Assembly (NCBI RefSeq): GCF_009914755.1
Contig: NC_060943.1
Length of the DNA stretch: 64,000 bases
Direction: 5' to 3' (one strand)
DNA from: the human T2T-CHM13v2.0 reference genome, Homo sapiens
Every line of letters begins with the position of its first letter. Position 1 is the first letter of the stretch. The notes below the pieces were generated by a model that saw only the letters and a program-made list of their open reading frames with translations, was not told the origin of the DNA and searched no databases. Positions 60,969 to 64,000 of the stretch are shown piece after piece. Made by a program: the position numbers and the translations under genes.

Positions 60969-62367
60969 CCGTGAGAAGGATCCACCTATGACCTCGGGTC
61001 CTCAGACCAACCAGTCCAAGGAATATTTCACCAATTTTAAATTGGGTAAGCAGTCTCTTTTTACTCTCTTCTACAACCTCTCTCACTATCCCTCAACCTC
61101 TTTCTCCTTTGAATCTTGGCGCCACCCTTCAGTCTCTCCCTTCTCTTAATTTCAGTTCCTTTCCTTTTCTGGTAGAGACAGAGGAGACGTGTTTTATACG
61201 TGAACCCAAAACCCCAGCGCTGGTCACGGACTCGGGAAGACAGTCTTCCCTTGGTGTTTAATCACTGCGGGGACGCCTGCTTGATTATTCACCCACGTTT
61301 CAGAGGTGTCTGATCACCACGGGGACGCTTGCCTTGATCCTTCACCCTTAGTGGCAAGCACCACTTTCCTGGGGGGCAAGCACCCCCCACCCCTTCTCTC
61401 CATGTCTCTACTCTCTCTTTTCTCTGGGCTTGCCTCCTTCACTATAGGCAACCTTCCACCGTCCGACCCTCCTTCTCCCTTAGCCTGTGTTCTCAAGAAC
61501 TTAAAACCTCTTCAACTCACACCTGACCTAAAACCTAAACACCTTATTTTCTTCTGCAATGCTGCTTAACCCCAATACAAACTCGACAATGGTTCTAAAT
61601 AGCCAGAAAACGGCAATTTTGATTTTTCCATCCTACAAGATCTAGATAATTCTTGTCGTAAAATGGGCCAAAGGTCTGAGGTACCTGATATCCAGGCATT
61701 CTTTTACACATTGGTCCCTCCCTAGTCTCTGTTCCTAATGCGACTTGTCCCAAATCCTCCTTCTTTCCCTCCTGCCTGTCCCCTCAGTCTCAACCCCAAG
61801 CGTCACTGAGTCTTTTCAATCTTCCTTTTCTACCGACCCATCTGACCTCTCCCCTCTTCCCCAGGCTGCTCCTCCTCAGGTCGCTCCCCACCAGGCTGAA
61901 TCAGGCTCCAATTCTTCCTCAGCCTCCTCTCCCCCGCCCTATAATCCTTCCATCACCTCCTCTCCCCACACCCGATCCAGCTTACAGTTTTCTTCTGCAG
62001 CTAGCCCTCCCCCACCTGCCCAGCAATTTCCTCTGAAAGAGGTGGCTGGAGCCAAAGGCATAGTCAAGGTTAATGCTCCTTTTCCTTTATCCGACCTCTC
62101 CCAGATCAGTTAGTGTTTAGGCTCTTTTTCATCAAATATAAAAACCCCGCCCAGTTCATGGCTCGTTTGGCAGCACCCCTGAGGCCCTTTACAGCCCTAG
62201 ACCCTGAAGGGTCAGAAGGCCTCTTATTCTCAATATGCATTTTATTACCCAATCTGCTCCTGACATTAAATAAAGCTCCAAAACCCCCACAACAGGACTT
62301 AATTAACCTCGCCTTCAAGGTGTACATTAATAGAGTAGAGGCAGCTGCATAGCAACATATTTCTGAG

Positions 62368-63770
<1,403 letters not shown>

Positions 63771-64000
63771 AAACCTAGCTGACCCCATAAATCCTAAATC
63801 CTTTCCCCACTCCCCTTTCCATTCCTTAAAAAACAGCCCTGGCCGGGCACAGTGGTTCACACCTGTAATCCCAGCACTTTGGGAGGCCGAGGCAGGTGGA
63901 TCACAAGGTCAGGAGATCGAGACCATCCTGGCTAACATGGTGAAACCCCATCTCTACTAAAAATACAAAAAATTAGCCGGGGGTGGTGGCGGGTGCCTGT

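Overview
Human (primate) genomic DNA, recognisable as chr19q13.42, the AAVS1 'safe-harbour' region. In order it holds: the first coding exon and CpG-island promoter of RDH13 (- strand); the complete EPS8L1 gene (+ strand, 19 coding exons that I assembled to 2172 nt = 723 aa, plus an alternative internal start exon); and the complete, convergent PPP1R12C/MBS85 gene (- strand, 22 coding exons, 2349 nt = 782 aa). PPP1R12C carries the AAV Rep-binding site/trs just 5' of its ATG and unedited AAVS1 nuclease target sites in intron 1. Further right are a 5'-truncated NUTF2 processed pseudogene with target-site duplications and the 5' half of a HERV-H provirus (LTR7, tRNA-His PBS, decayed gag/pro/pol). 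The rest is dense Alu/L1/L2/MIR/MER repeats, MSR1-type 37-bp minisatellites and several VNTRs. Almost all ORF-track entries are Alu or low-complexity artefacts. I see no convincing new biological system. The most interesting signals are regulatory or splicing features: ZNF143-type motif clusters (one intronic), strand-biased MSR1 arrays, in-frame retainable introns, an AG|GT recursive-like site, a duplicated micro-exon-like cassette, and an annotated miRNA that appears to be just the HERV-H primer-binding site. Gene and repeat names come from my recognition of the sequences, not from a database search.
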